Of a DNA stretch of 64,000 nt, positions 48,276 through 61,433 are shown piece after piece (positions within the stretch are counted from its first letter, which is position 1; each line of letters starts with the position of its first letter). The stretch is taken from contig NC_083288.1 of NCBI RefSeq assembly GCF_963506605.1, positions 33,170,001 to 33,234,000 of the forward strand, in the 5' to 3' direction. The position numbers and the translations under genes were made by a program. This DNA comes from Zootoca vivipara. Lineage: Eukaryota. Under the pieces are notes generated by a model. The model had not been told where the DNA came from, made no database searches, and was given only the letters and a program-made list of their open reading frames with translations.

Positions 48276-48934
48276 TATGGCGCCCGGAATAGCCAGGTTG
48301 TAATTTATCTTCAGTTCAACGTTATAATGTTAATTCAGATAATTTTATACTTCTGCTTGTTTGTACTTGATCAAAGAATTGTTATATGGTATTCATAAAT
48401 ATTTGTGAATGTTTTCTTGCTATTGCTCTGTATATACAGTTGCTGTATATTTTGCTTTGCTGAACATGTTGAAAGAAGTACCCAGAAATACCCGGGATTA
48501 TTAAAATGAGCAATTGGACCAACTTTCTGTGGTGGGGGGTGCGCACACATATCTTTGAGGAAGTACCTTCTTTTGGCACTTTCTACATCATACCCTAGAG
48601 AGCATTCAAAATATCTCATAGCCCACTTTTGGTCCACAGGCCACAGTTTGGGAATCCACAGTTTAGGAGAATGTGGAACATCACCTTAAGGAGTAAACTG
48701 ACACTTTTAAGATGCCTGTCTAAAAAGAAGACTGTTAAATTCATTGGGAAATGGACATTGAGTAGTTTTCTGGGCACATCCACACCACATGTTTGAGACA
48801 CTCTTATACCACTTTAACAGATATGGGTTCTTCCTCAAGTACAGAGAGAACTGTAGTTTATTAACGTTGCTGACATCACAAAACTACATTCCCCAGTCCC
48901 CTTACCAAGCTATGGTTCCCAGGATTCTCCATTA

Positions 48935-49106
48935 CAGTGATACCTTGGGTTAAGTACACAATTGGTTCCGGAAGTCTGTACTTAACCTGAAGCGAACTTT
49001 CCCATTGAAAGTAATGGAAAGTGGAATAATCCGTTCCAGACAGGTCTGTGGAGTACTTAAGCTGAAAGTACTCAAACCGAAGCGTACTTAAACCAAGGTA
49101 TGACTG
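48935..49106 (-). mobile_element. Tigger-like MITE family X, single unit
   Basis: Reverse complement of the family; TA flanks. Confidence 0.85.
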
Positions 49107-49507
49107 TACTGTTAAAATGGCGGAAGAGTGCTTTAAATGCATAGAGTGAGTGTGACTGTTTCAAAATAAGGATATCCTTGGGATTTCTTCTCAGTGTTAC
49201 TTGTAAGCATAGCGCCTCCTTGTTGAGGTTTTATTGTAAAAATTACACATTAATGTAAATAAAAAGAAAAAGGAAGCATATTTGTATTTTACTATTTCCT
49301 ATACATTGTATATTACACATCAAATCCATTCCTGTGTGATTGATCTCAGTTGTTTGTGGCATACTCCTTTATGTTGGGCTGGCAAGTGGGCATATTACCA
49401 GCCCTTGCAATAAAGCTGAGTATCAATTGTTAGAGAGAGAAATACCAAAAGAAGGAAAGGAGAATGTGAAAGAAAGTAACTGGCTGTTTTGCTTTGGGGT
49501 GGAATAT

Positions 49508-49870
49508 AAAGGTAAAGGTAAAGGTACCCCTGACCATTAGGTCCAGTCGCAGATGACTCTGGGGTTGCGCGCTCATCTCACTCTATAGGCTGAGGGAGCT
49601 GGCGTTTGTCTGCAGACAGCTTCCGGTTCATGTAGCCAGCATGACTAAGCCACTTCTGGCGAACCAGAGCAGCACGCGGAAACACCGTTTACCTTCCCAC
49701 CGGAGCGGTACCTATTTATCTACTTGCACTGCATGCTTTTGAACTGCGAGGTGGGCATGACCTGGGACCAAACAACGGGAGCTCACCCCGTCATGGGGAT
49801 TCAAACCGCCGACCTTCCGATCTGCAAGCCCTAGGCTCTGTGGTTTAGACTGCAGCGCCACCCACGTCCC
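49508..49870 (-). mobile_element. Sauria SINE
   Basis: (AAAGGT)n tail; ~15-bp TSD TTGGGGTGGA(A/G)TATA. Confidence 0.85.
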
Positions 49871-51092
49871 TTGGGGTGGAGTATACTGCCTTTTTATTTT
49901 CATATGCATACAATTATCTGCTTAGTGGGGGATTCTCGGAGGTATGTAAAAATCCCTACTTTGTCTGTGGTTAGTCTATTTCACTGATAGTCTTGATGCC
50001 ACCAAGTTCACAATTTGCACATACAATTCATACACTAAAGATGTACCTCTTTGCCCTGGCCTCTGATACCTAAATATATTTTCAGGACCCACCTTGTTCT
50101 TCTGATTGTTAATAGCTTTAACTGACTTTAATATTGTATCTCTGTATTGTTGTTGTAAGCCATCGTGGGACCTTTCCATGAAGGGTCCGATCAATCAATA
50201 TATTTCTGCACTCTTGAGGAATCCTCTAATTATTGATTGATTTGTTAAATTTTGATTGCTGCCCTTTAATTGAGTTACTGATTTGGATACTCCCGTAGAA
50301 AAGTAGGGTTCAGTCATGCACTGAAGTGAACCATAAGTGCAGCATTATCCTCCTTTCAATTTCTTTGCTCTACCAAACAGAGACTAGATTAATTTTTCTT
50401 CCTGTTTGCCATACTGAGTATACAGTACAAAAGTATCAATAAAGCTTTTGTCCGGTGTTGCTGAAGCTGATTATTTATTTATACATATTTACTCACTCAA
50501 AAAACCTATGCAAATACGGCTAATGGTCGAAGAAAGGCTATTAGTTGTTCTGCAGAGTGTAAGCTGTGTGCATGTGTATTCTTTTTCTTGGTTGAATAAC
50601 ACTGCAATCCTACTTTGACTTATCTGGGAATAAGTACTCATGGCAGAGTAAGATGGGTGTGGGGTGGCTAGAGCTCAGTGGATGCTGGTCCTTTAGGCCA
50701 AATGGGCCATTGCCCCACCAACCTCAATCTGCCCTCAGGAAGCCCACATATGCCTATCATTTTGCTTCCAACCAGTCCATGGGGTGTCACTGGCTCTCAG
50801 CTTCCTCTTCCTCCTATAGAACTCAGCAGAGAGCAGAGGACAACTTTAGAATTAGTTGGCTCTGTTAGTCATTGACTCAGGCTCCACAGACTGTTTGGGC
50901 TCCCTGCCTCCTATCTCATTAGTCCCCAGCCCCCACTGCTGCGCATGCTTAATCTTCTGTCCTACCCTGTGCTATTTTTCTAGAAAAAGAGGTGCTGAAA
51001 CTCACCATGAACTCCTCCCTTGAGAGGTGGTGGAACTGAGTTATTGTGAGTTTCAGCTGCAAAAAAAAAAAGCCCTGGTGCTTTTTTGTGAG

Positions 51093-51423
51093 TGCTGTGG
51101 GTTAAACCACTGAGCCTAGGGCTTGCCAATCAGACGGTCGGTGGTTCGAATCCCCGCGACGTTGTTCAGTCCCAGCTCCTGCCAACCTAGCAGTTCGAAA
51201 GCACGTCAAAGTGCAAGTAGATAAATAGGTATCGCTACAGCGGGAAGGTAAACTGTGTTTTCGTGTGCTGCTCTGGTTCGCCAGAAGCGGCTTTGGCATG
51301 CTGGCCACATGACCCGGAAGCTGTACGCTGGCTCCCTCGGCCAATAATGCGAGATGAGTGCCACAACCCCAGAGTCGGTCACGACTAGACCTAATAGTCA
51401 GGGGTCCCTTTACCTTTACCTTT
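51093..51423 (+). mobile_element. Sauria SINE (5' truncated)
   Basis: Homology to the 8372 copy; (ACCTTT)n tail. Confidence 0.85.
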
Positions 51424-51472
51424 ATTCACTGGTATTGTGAACCATTCCAGCCAGATGGGTGGGGTGTAAATA

Positions 51473-51516
<44 letters not shown>

Positions 51517-51805
51517 CCTTTCCTTCCTGCCTGCCCATGGCAGCCATTTTGTGCTGGCAGCCTGTCTTGCTGAAGGCAAGGTGGTTCTTTTAAAATGAGA
51601 TTCAGAAGCAATACAAAATTCACAAGTGAGTGAGAAGATTAAAGATTTTATTCTAAAACAGCAAGCAATGTACCAAGCAAGCACTTCCACCTGCCACTTG
51701 GAAGCCCTCAAGAAGCGGCAAAGCGACTCCCCCAGGTAGCCTCGGTTTGCACGGCCCTGCAGCCGATCAGTCCGTGCATGAGCTTCAAAGAAACTGCCCA
51801 AGCTG

Positions 51806-53917
51806 GGCTTCCGGTCCGTCGCGCTGGTGAAGTAGGATGCAGGGACTTCGCGCTCCGAAGTCCCTGGATTCGTGGAAGGGGGGAAGTCCGCAGAGCGAGC
51901 GGACTCCCCGAAAAAACACCGGGTAGAGAGTCCCGGTGACATAGCACCCAGCTGCCTGCTCCAAACGCGATTCCTCCGCTGCCCGAGAGCTCCGTAGAGC
52001 AATCGAGAGCCAGCGGAGTGGAGTCACGGGAGCCATTTTTGGGTCTCATCTTACCTCCTTGAAGTGAAGCTCCGAGTCCTCAGCCTGCAAGCGGCGGATT
52101 CTTCCAAGAAAATAAAAGACGTTTACAAAGTAAGTCAAATTTTTATTTGGACTTTAAAAATTTCAATTTTGAAGATAGGAAGAGATTTCAAAACAACGGA
52201 AGCCGATCTCTTCCAAATGGTCAATCGGGAGGCGCATTAAATATCCTCAAGCCGAAGGGAGAAAAGTTTTTTCTAGATTGTGGACCCGAGAGAAAGAAAG
52301 ACTTTTCAAAACCTTCCCAGCCCCCGGTGTCGATACCCCTTGAGGTTCAGCAGTAACAAGGGGGAAGACGTTTTGACAGCTGTCAAAAGCTGTCAAATTG
52401 CTAAAAGGATTAAGAAAATCGATTTTATTGTTGTGGATTATAAAAACCGATTGAAGAGGATTCAGAAGTAATTTAATGGGAATTTAAATTTGAACTGTGA
52501 TGAAGCTAGACAAAGGAGAAGATCAGCCAAGATGGAGCCGACAACGTGGTAGAGAGGAACTTTCCAGTACCCTTTGGCCCTTATCTCTGGTCTGCCTGTG
52601 GTTAAGTGAAGTATGAAAACAAAGTTTTCTCGAGCCTTCCAGGAGGCTGTGCTGAACTATCTACAAATATGGGAAGATATTTACAAGGAACGGCAATGTT
52701 TGAATCCAACAGCAATGGAGAATGAGGTGCAACATCAAGATTTAGAGGACAATTTTGAGACTGAGACTGTGTGTGAGGAGCAACAATTTGATAATTTGGA
52801 GACTGATTGGGACCAAAAAAAATGTGTTGGATGATGAAAAACAAAGATTTGAACAAGGAGACGAGGCCGACAAGGAGAAGCAAAGTGAAGAGAAGATTGA
52901 TGGAAATGAAAATCCTGGAGGGATTGAAATGTGGAGTGGAGTTAGTGAGGGGGGGGATAGGCAGGAAGAGGGGGGAGCAAAGGCCTGGAAGTGGAAGTGG
53001 GAAAGAACTGGTGTGGGGTGAAAACTTTAGTTTAAGGTTACTTTTCTGGTGGATGAATGACGGTTTCTGATCTTGGCCTGCTAAAGGATATGCTGATCCA
53101 ATTGGGGGAAGGGACATTGGGAGGGGGGAAGGAGAGAGTTTTAAAAGTTTAGGGTTAAGAGTTTTCTGGAGGGAGCAGAAGAATGGCTGAGGAAATATGT
53201 TAGAGTTTGTTTTTAATATTCTTGGTGACCAGACAGATGTTTGGGTAGAGAACTGCCTGGCTCCCTCTTTTTACTCTTTGCACCCAGTGGCAGGGGGTGT
53301 TTTGAGGGGAGAGGGAGGGGTGGAAGGAAACCCAGACACAAAAATGGAACCTTTTGACTGCTGAACCCCTCGGGTTACCCTAGTGGCAGGAGGGGACTCG
53401 GAGGGGGGCAGCATGAAGAAGGAGGAGGATTAAGTTAATATGATAAGAATAAGATTTTGAATTAGAATAGAAAACCCACCATAATCAATTGAAGAAGTTA
53501 GGAAATCCAGGAGGAAGAGAATCGGGGAAGCCGCAAACAAACTGTTATGAGAATAAGATACGGAATTTATATTTTTTCCTTTTCCTTTTTCTTTTTTCTT
53601 GTTTTTTTTCTTTTTTTTCCTATCTGTTGTTTTGTTGTTAAGTAAAGTGATACATTGAAGAATTAGCTGGGGGATAAACCAAACCTCAGAGATCCTCCGC
53701 CTCTGTCCTCTCAGTGGCAGGGAGGGATGAGGGGGGAGGAGGGAGGGGGGAGGTCAAACCCAGCTTAAAATGGACCCCTTTGTTTCCCAATGCCCATGGG
53801 TATCACTGGTGGCAGAAGTGGTCTTGTGGGTGGAGGGAAAATGAAGGGACTGAGCTTATTTTGTATGTTTTGTATGTTTTGTCTTTACAAAAATTAATAA
53901 AAATTATTATTAAAAAA
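51806..53917 (+). mobile_element. 2.1-kb non-autonomous L1-type retroelement
   Basis: CpG-rich 5' end GGCTTCCGGT, AATAAA + A-tail, 19-bp TSD AAAGAAACTGCCCAAGCTG (51787-51805 / 53918-53936); no RT. Confidence 0.8.
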
Positions 53918-54555
53918 AAAGAAACTGCCCAAGCTGTCCGATTTTATAGATAGCCTGTGTGGCTTCCAAGACTAGTGACATGCAAATCATCCCTTAGCCA
54001 CCCCCTCCCAGTGCCTCACTTTCTCAAAACATGTCAAACATGTAAGAAGGTACCCAGCACTTGTTAGGTATACATTCTTTAAAGAAACAGATAAGGTTCC
54101 TTTAAAGTTTCTTCAATGTGTGGGAGTGCCATCTTAATTGGAGTCAGCTGAAGATGAAGTTAAAAGGAGGAGCTATGAGTTTGCAATTTGAGGCGCGAAG
54201 AAAGCACACACACTTTATACTGTGCTGAAGAGATATGGAAAGCATGTAAATAGTTTGTATATATTTATAATAGAAATGCTTGTGCAACCTGTCAAGCAAT
54301 AAAGAAGCTCTTGACTATGACTACTGTTCTTGTTGTCTGCCACCAGGGAAATATTCTGCTATAAACAGTAAGATGAGGTTTTGCTGAGGTGCCACCACAC
54401 AAGCAGAAGGTGCAGCGGAAGTGGGTGGGTGGTAACCTCCAATAGCACTATCCTCCACAACTGATAAGGCAGCTGTGGGGGGCTGGGGAGGACTTCACCT
54501 CCTCCCAATATTCGCAAAACATTTAAGACTGTTCTCAAAACATTCATACAGTCAT

Positions 54556-54976
54556 TTCTTGTTGTTGTTGTTTAGTCGATTAGTCGTTTAGTCGTGTCCG
54601 ACTCTTCGTGACCCCATGGACCAGAGCACACCAGGCACTCCTGTCTTCCACTGCCTCCCGCATTTTGGTCAAACTCATGTTCGTAGCTTCGAGAACACTG
54701 TCCAACCATCTCGTCCTCTGTCGTCCCCTTCTCCTTGTGCCCTCCATCTTTCCCAACATCAGGGTCTTTTCCAGGGAGTCTTCTCTTCTCATGAGGTGGC
54801 CAAAGTATTGGAGCCTCAGCTTCACGATCTGTCCTTCCAGTGAGCACTCAGGGCTGATTTCCTTCAAAATGGATAGGTTTGATCTTCTTCCATGGGACTC
54901 TCAAGAGTCTCCTCCAGCACCATAATTCAATTCTTCAGCGATCAGCCATCTTTATGGTACAGCTCTCACTTCCATA
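54556..54976 (-). mobile_element. BovB (RTE) LINE 3' fragment
   Basis: ORF 54580..54867 [24 protein letters not shown]; (CAA)n tail; TSD CATACAGTCAT. Confidence 0.9.
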
Positions 54977-54980
54977 CATA

Positions 54981-56026
54981 CAGTCATACCTCGGTTTAAG
55001 TACGTATCGGTTTGAGTACTTTCAGTTTAAGTACTCCACAGACCTGTCTGGAACTGATTAATCCACTTTCCATTACTTTCAATGGGAAAGTTTGCTTCAG
55101 GTTAAGTACGCTTCAGGTTAAGTACGGACTTCCAGAACCAATTACACTCATACTTCGGGTTAAGTAGACAGGGCGGCGGTCTACCAGCTCCCATCTGGTA
55201 CACAGGCTGAGACCCTACCTGCCCACAGACTGTCTCACCAGAGTGGTGCATGCTCTAGTTATCTCCCGCTTGGACTACTGCAATGCGCTCTACGTGGGGC
55301 TACCTTTGAAGGTGACCCGGAAACTGCAATTAATCCAGAATGCGGCAGCTAGACTGGTGACTGGGAGCGGCCGCCGAGACCACATAACACCGGTCCTAAG
55401 AGACCTACATTGGCTCCCAGTACATTTCCGAGCACAATTCAAAGTGTTGGTGCTGACCTTTAAAGCCCTAAATGGCCTCGGTCCTATATATCTGAAGGAG
55501 CGTCTCCACCCCCATTGTTCAGCCCGGACACTGAGATCCAGTGCCGAGGGCCTTCTGGCGGTTCCCTCATTGCGAGAAGCAAAGCTACAGGGAACCAGGC
55601 AGAGGGCCTTCTTGGTGGTGGTGCCCGCCCTGTGGAACGCCCTCCCATCGGAGGTCAATGAGATAAAAAAACTACCTGACATTTAGAAAACACCTAAAGG
55701 CAGCCCTGTTTAGGGAGGTTTTTAATCTGTGATATTTTAATGTACTGTATTTTGGTATTTGTTGGAAGCTGCCCAGAGTGGCGGGGGAAACCCAGCCAGA
55801 TGGGTGGGGTATAAAAGAAGACGAAGACGAAGACGAAGACGAAGACGAAGACGAAGAAGAAGAAGAAGAAGAAGAAGAAGAAGAAGAAGAAGGCTTCAGG
55901 TTGAGTACTCCACGGACCCGTCTGGAACGGATTAATCCAATTTCCATTACTTTCATTGGGAAAGTTCGCTTCAGGTTAAGTACAGACTTCCAGAACCAAT
56001 TGTGTACTTAAACCGAGGTACCACTG
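54981..56026 (+). mobile_element. Tigger-like MITE family X, two units, interrupted by L2
   Basis: Termini and TA flanks. Confidence 0.8.
55168..55891 (+). mobile_element. L2 LINE 3' fragment with (GAAGAC)6(GAA)13 tail
   Basis: ORF 55243..55686 [16 protein letters not shown]...HITPVLRDLHWLP. Confidence 0.9.
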
Positions 56027-57844
56027 TAATGGCATTCCATAGAGGGGTGGGGGAGGAACAGAGGCAGAAAGGGCTCCATGTCAGACCAATAATTCCTCAG
56101 TACATTTTGTCTTCCAGGTGCATTTCCCATTCGCAGCCATGACACTTTTATCAATCAAGCACTGCCTAAACCTCATAAGCTAGCCTGCTGCCCTTGTAAA
56201 AAGTCAAGGATACTTCCCCATCACCATTATTGAGTAAGATTCAAGTGTCTGTCCAGTTAGTTTCTGCCCATGGGATAAGGTACCATCTTCTCCTTTCCCT
56301 CACGCTGCAATATGTCCCGGGCCAGTCCTGGTATTGAAAGCCACCAAAGAAGTCCAGGAGAACAAGCAGGGTCTCGTTTTCAGACCTTTTTGTGATTTCA
56401 ATGGATTCACATTGAGTAATGATTAACAGTCGACCACACCTGATATTCAGCCCAGTTATGGCCTGTATGGATTGCTTGAGACATTTCCTTCTCTATGGTC
56501 TGTCTCTGCTCTCTTGGAATTGACTCTACTGTTGCAACCTTCTCACTTTGCATACAAAGTCACACCCTTTATGGCATGTGTGTGACAAAGAAAGTGGGGG
56601 GAACCAGGAAACTAATATGTTTGTTCTGAATGACGGAACATAGTGCTACTTCATATGAAGAATGCACTTGGTGCCTTTATAAAGGGCGATCTCTCCTCCC
56701 CTCTAAAACTAACTGCTTCTGCTAGAAGTACAGAGTCTTTTCTGGCCAGCTCTGAAAAAGCTAGGTAAGAATGATAAATACTAGGAAAGGATGTTTGTAT
56801 ATTTGAAACGCAATGGCAGAGTCATGTGAGAGGGCCAAACTAGATGCTACGCAGGAGATCTATGACTCCATGCATAATTTCCTCCCAAACTGATTCCCCA
56901 GATCAAATCCACAGTGCATTGAAGTTGCAATTACCTACAGAGAGTGAACATAGGAACACAATTTGGGTTAAATGGCAAGATCCAGTACTGGCTGGCTGAA
57001 ATATATTGTTCCTGGCAATCATGAAATTAAGAGCTGTGGTTATATGCATTTGTCTTTTAAATGTTTTAGACCTTTATTCGTTGTTTTTAGATCCTTTAAA
57101 ATGTTTTACATTGTTATTAAAATTTTAAATATATATTTACTTTATTTTTTTATTTGTATTGTATTTTCATTATACTGTATTAACATTGTTGTTACATTTG
57201 GCTGTTTGCTGCCCTGGTCCCTTTTAAAAGAACTAATAAAAGCATGCATAGATAGAAACTTTATTTTCATTAGCCACTAGCCACAGCAATGAGAAAAAAT
57301 ATACTGGGGATAGAACTAAATAGTTAGGTATACAAAATACATCCTGGAGGTCTACATCAATACAAATGACAGAACTGATACATGATCTTTTGATACCCAC
57401 AGATAAAACATGTGAACCAATAGGCTTTCTTTTGATTTTTTTTCCCCTAAGCTGAGGAATGTTAGAAAGTTAATCAAATAATAGATCTTATTCTAATTGC
57501 CCCTGCTAAAAAAAATTGCAGTTTTTGCTGTCGCCTGGTTATCTTGATCTACCAGGAGAAAGACACAGTAGCAGTGCTTGAGCGACCTGGTTTGGGTAGT
57601 AGTAGAGGGGTAATAACCTCACTCCTCAAATCTTTATAGAGAGTACAATCTAGCAGTAATAAATACATAAGCAGATTGTTGGCACCTGTCTGTCTCCAGA
57701 GACAATGAAGTGCGCCTCCAGGCCTGAAGTCAAGCCACTGCAATAGCAGCACCAAAGTGACCTCCCTGGGGCGCAAGCCTTGGCCGTGTGGATAGGGGCC
57801 CTGGGCTGTCTCTCAAGACAGATGGAGGCCAACAGCTACACTGT

Positions 57845-57978
57845 TCTAGTTACAGGTAGGTAGCCGTGTTGGTCTGCCGTAGTCAAAACAAAATTTTAAA
57901 AAATCCTTCCAGTAGCACCTTAGAGAAAAACTTTTGTCATTAGTATGAGCTTTCGTGTGCATGCACACTTCTTCAAAT
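57845..57978. mobile_element. Probable Penelope-like element terminal fragment
   Basis: GGTAGCCGTGTTGGTCTG...CCAGTAGCACCTTAGAG...TGAGCTTTCGTG motif, recognised from reptile Penelope-like repeats. Confidence 0.5.
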
Positions 57979-58655
57979 ACACTGTTGTTATTTTGCAGGC
58001 TGGATTCAATTGCATAAGCAGCAAATTCAGGTTGTACATAATAAACCCGCTTCCCCCCAAACTGGATGTTTTTGTGATAAGGAGAATGAAAGGAAAACGT
58101 GGGGTGACATTTGCTTCTCACAATGCCGTCTAACCTCCCAGCCAAAAGAATTAGGATTATTTCTCCACAAACAGGTTGTCTGTAAGTGACCATAGCTGGG
58201 GGCAAGTATGAAGAAGAAGGTCTCCACCTTCATTTCCATGTTTGTGGACTTAATGTGCAAGATAAAAGGTGGATGGGGGCTTCTGGGGAGTCTCATCTTC
58301 TCTCCTCTTCTCCCTATTCCCTACAAGCGGGGGGTGGGGGGCTGGTTCAGATGTGGATATCAATGGGGAAAGTGTATGCATGCCTTGCCTCCACCTATGA
58401 GCAACCAGCACACCTGTGGGCGTTCTCAGGGTGTTGGCAGAGGTTTGGGATGCTGCGGCTTCTGAGATCCAGTGATTGCAAGGACTTCTCTAGACTCAGC
58501 AACAGACAGTCCAATGACAGGAGCATTGCCTTTTCATTGTTGATATTGTGTTTCAATAGTACGGCTCCTAGAGGACATTCAGATTGAAATAAAACATCTG
58601 TTGTCTGGAATTGACTGGAGCTGAACCACTCAGAGAAGACTTCAGAAGGACAGCA

Positions 58656-58713
58656 ATGCCTATTGTTACTTCCGCACTGACCGTGTGGCTTCTGCAGCTG
58701 ACCATGCTACAAG
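58656..58713 (+). CDS. Gene D exon 1 (signal peptide)
   Basis: Homologous to gene C exon 1 (VWLL...LQ); CAAG|GTGACT. Confidence 0.8.
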
Positions 58714-61402
58714 GTGACTGATGGAGTTGGGGAAGTGCTTGGAGAACAGTTACTTCAAGGTTTCATTTCTTTAAAAAATTAAAAGTTGCAAGGGATCCTG
58801 GGAAATCATACCTTCTCTGTGCCCATATTTTTCCAGGGACAGTCCCAGATTTACAGAAGCTGTACCTGTTTCTGATTTGATCCTGGAATGTTCCACTTTT
58901 CCTTAGGACGTCTGTTCTTCCCAACCTAGATAGTTCCAGGGTAAAGCCATAACATTAAAAGAACAAAAGTCCTGGTGAGCCCAGATTCAAATGTAGTTCT
59001 GAATACACCCTGAGAACCATGTTTCAAAATGAACTCCTGGCACAATTGTCAAAGGCAGTGGCGGAGCGTTTTGGGGGTGGGGTGCGCAGTGACGTGGCGC
59101 GCATTTGGGGGGCAGAGCGCATCATGCGCAATGACGTAGCAGCGCATTTTGGGGCGGGACGCGCCGTGCGCAGGGTGCACATTTTGGAGTGGGGTAGGCA
59201 GCGGCGATGGCGCCCCTGGGACGCACCGCCCCCACTGCCCCTATCTTCCTACCCCGCTGGTCAAAGGTGTTGATTTTTCAACCAATTGGGAAAAGATTGG
59301 CTGCATTCACAGACAATCATCTGTCAGGTTATTAAGCTGACATATGCACATGATGCCTTTTGCCCGCAACCACCCCACATAGCCTATTTCCTCCTCCCTT
59401 CACCACAAGCTGTGATTAAAGTAGGAAGCTTCTAAGGATGCTTCATGTTTCATGTTTTGTCCAAACCAGCAAACTGTGGTTACCAAATTCAGAACTAGCC
59501 AGGCAATTAAACCAATATCAACCCACTTTTTTATAAACTGGTTTGTTTAAAAGTGACTAAACATACTACCCTGGTTCTCAGAACATGGGATATTAGAGTT
59601 AACCAGAGGCTTCTTGCTTTGAGTATGGCATGCCCAAAGAGAGGAGTGAAGGGGCTCTGTTCACAAGCAAAGAATTTGTGCATACCTTGGCTTGTTAAAT
59701 CGAGACATGTTTGTCTGAAGTGGGCCAGTGTAAACAGGTTCCCTTCCCCCTCGTTCATACATACAATCCTACACTGTGTCTTTCTTCTATAATGACTCTT
59801 ACCTGGGGTATCTTCTTTCTTTGTTTCCCTCAGGTGCTACAAGCTCAAAAGCAGGTAAGAGTTGTTTGATACATTGGAAGGAGTTTTGCACAGGAATCTC
59901 TGTGGAGGAAGCTAAAGAAAAGGCCTCCTAAAAACCAGAGGTCTTCTAATCCAACATCCTCACCTTAGACAGGATACTCCTTGATATGCCACATTGATAT
60001 GAGGAAGATAAACCCACATCAAGCTGATGTTGCCCCACCACAAGTAAAGAGTAGAGCAAACAAGGTGTCGCATTCTAGATGTGGTTGCATGGTCTTCAGT
60101 AAGAATTGATTTTAGGTGTCCAACTTCCTTAAGCCATGGTGCCAAGCTGCACGCTGTAATGCCAGGGTGAAGGAAATATTCAGTCCTCAAGATTCTCCTC
60201 AGTTCATGCTCCCTCCAAAGGCTCCACTCCTTTCCCAGTGTCACCCACCCCCACCAGCCAGCCATTCATATTGCCCTTGGGCTCTTCTGCCTGCTTGGAA
60301 TGTGTCCTTCAACTGTGCTGCTACCTTTTTCTTATCTGGATGGAGAGATGTCAGTGCAGGGATGCAGAAGCCTCTGGACTTTTGCGTGGCTGGAATGTGC
60401 TCTACTTTACAAAAGTTAACAGTCTCAATTCCTTTGCCCACTAAGCTGTGGAAGAAAGGCCCACCCATCAAGCATCTCATATAAAGAATCTTGAAATGAC
60501 TCTTGTCATCTTAATCTCTGACCCATGGAAACCAAACACCCCAAGGTTTTACATGGTTCTACTTCTAGCTGTGGTGATGGAAGACGTATGGGAGAAAGGG
60601 ATGCCCAAACTGAGAGCTAGGAGTCCAGGACTCAAGGATTCCACTACCACATATACTGTATGAGTAAGGATGGGTGAGAATTTAAATTTGGTTCACATTT
60701 AAAGGTAATTAAAGGCACTTTCTGAAGCAGCATATGTAAAGCAAAATACAGCCATCCTTCAAACTTCACCCTTTTCCTAATTTTGCACAGCAGAAATAAA
60801 ACTGCTATAAATGTGCTAAGAAATAAAAAAAAGTCAATTTCACTTACCAGATGAAATGCAAATTAAACCCAGGAGAATCAATGACAATAAATATGGTTTT
60901 AAAATCTGCAAAAAAAAACCACCCTACTTGTAAACGAATTCAAATTTAGACATTTTGTTTCCTCGTGTTCTCCACCTCTTCTGCTACATTACTTCCGTTA
61001 TGTGTATGCTGCAAACCGTAATGGCAAACCCTCTTATTTCCTCTTCCACAGAGAGTGGGCAGCCGATAAATGCTCCACGAATAGTTGGGGGACAACCAGC
61101 CTCTGATGGGTCATGGCCCTGGCAAGTCAGCATTTCACTGTTTTCTTATCCTATTTGTGGGGGCTCCCTCATAGCTGAGCAGTGGGTCCTGACAGCAGCT
61201 CACTGCTTCTTCTTTGGGTGAGTATCATTCAGTATGTATTGCTTTGAAGCCATTATAAAGCTTCACCTTACAAGACCAGACTAATTTCAGCTGCCTACCA
61301 GCCAGCTTCCTGTTGTCTTAGGCCTCAGCTGCACCATACATTTAAAACACTATCATACCACTTTAAACAGCCATGGCTTCCCCCGCAGAAACCTGGGGGC
61401 TG

Positions 61403-61433
<31 letters not shown>

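Noticed and set aside
55778-56011. Acidic poly-Glu/Asp protein ORF (and poly-Ile, -Asn, -Leu ORFs elsewhere)
   Set aside because: These are translations of microsatellites, mostly LINE tails.
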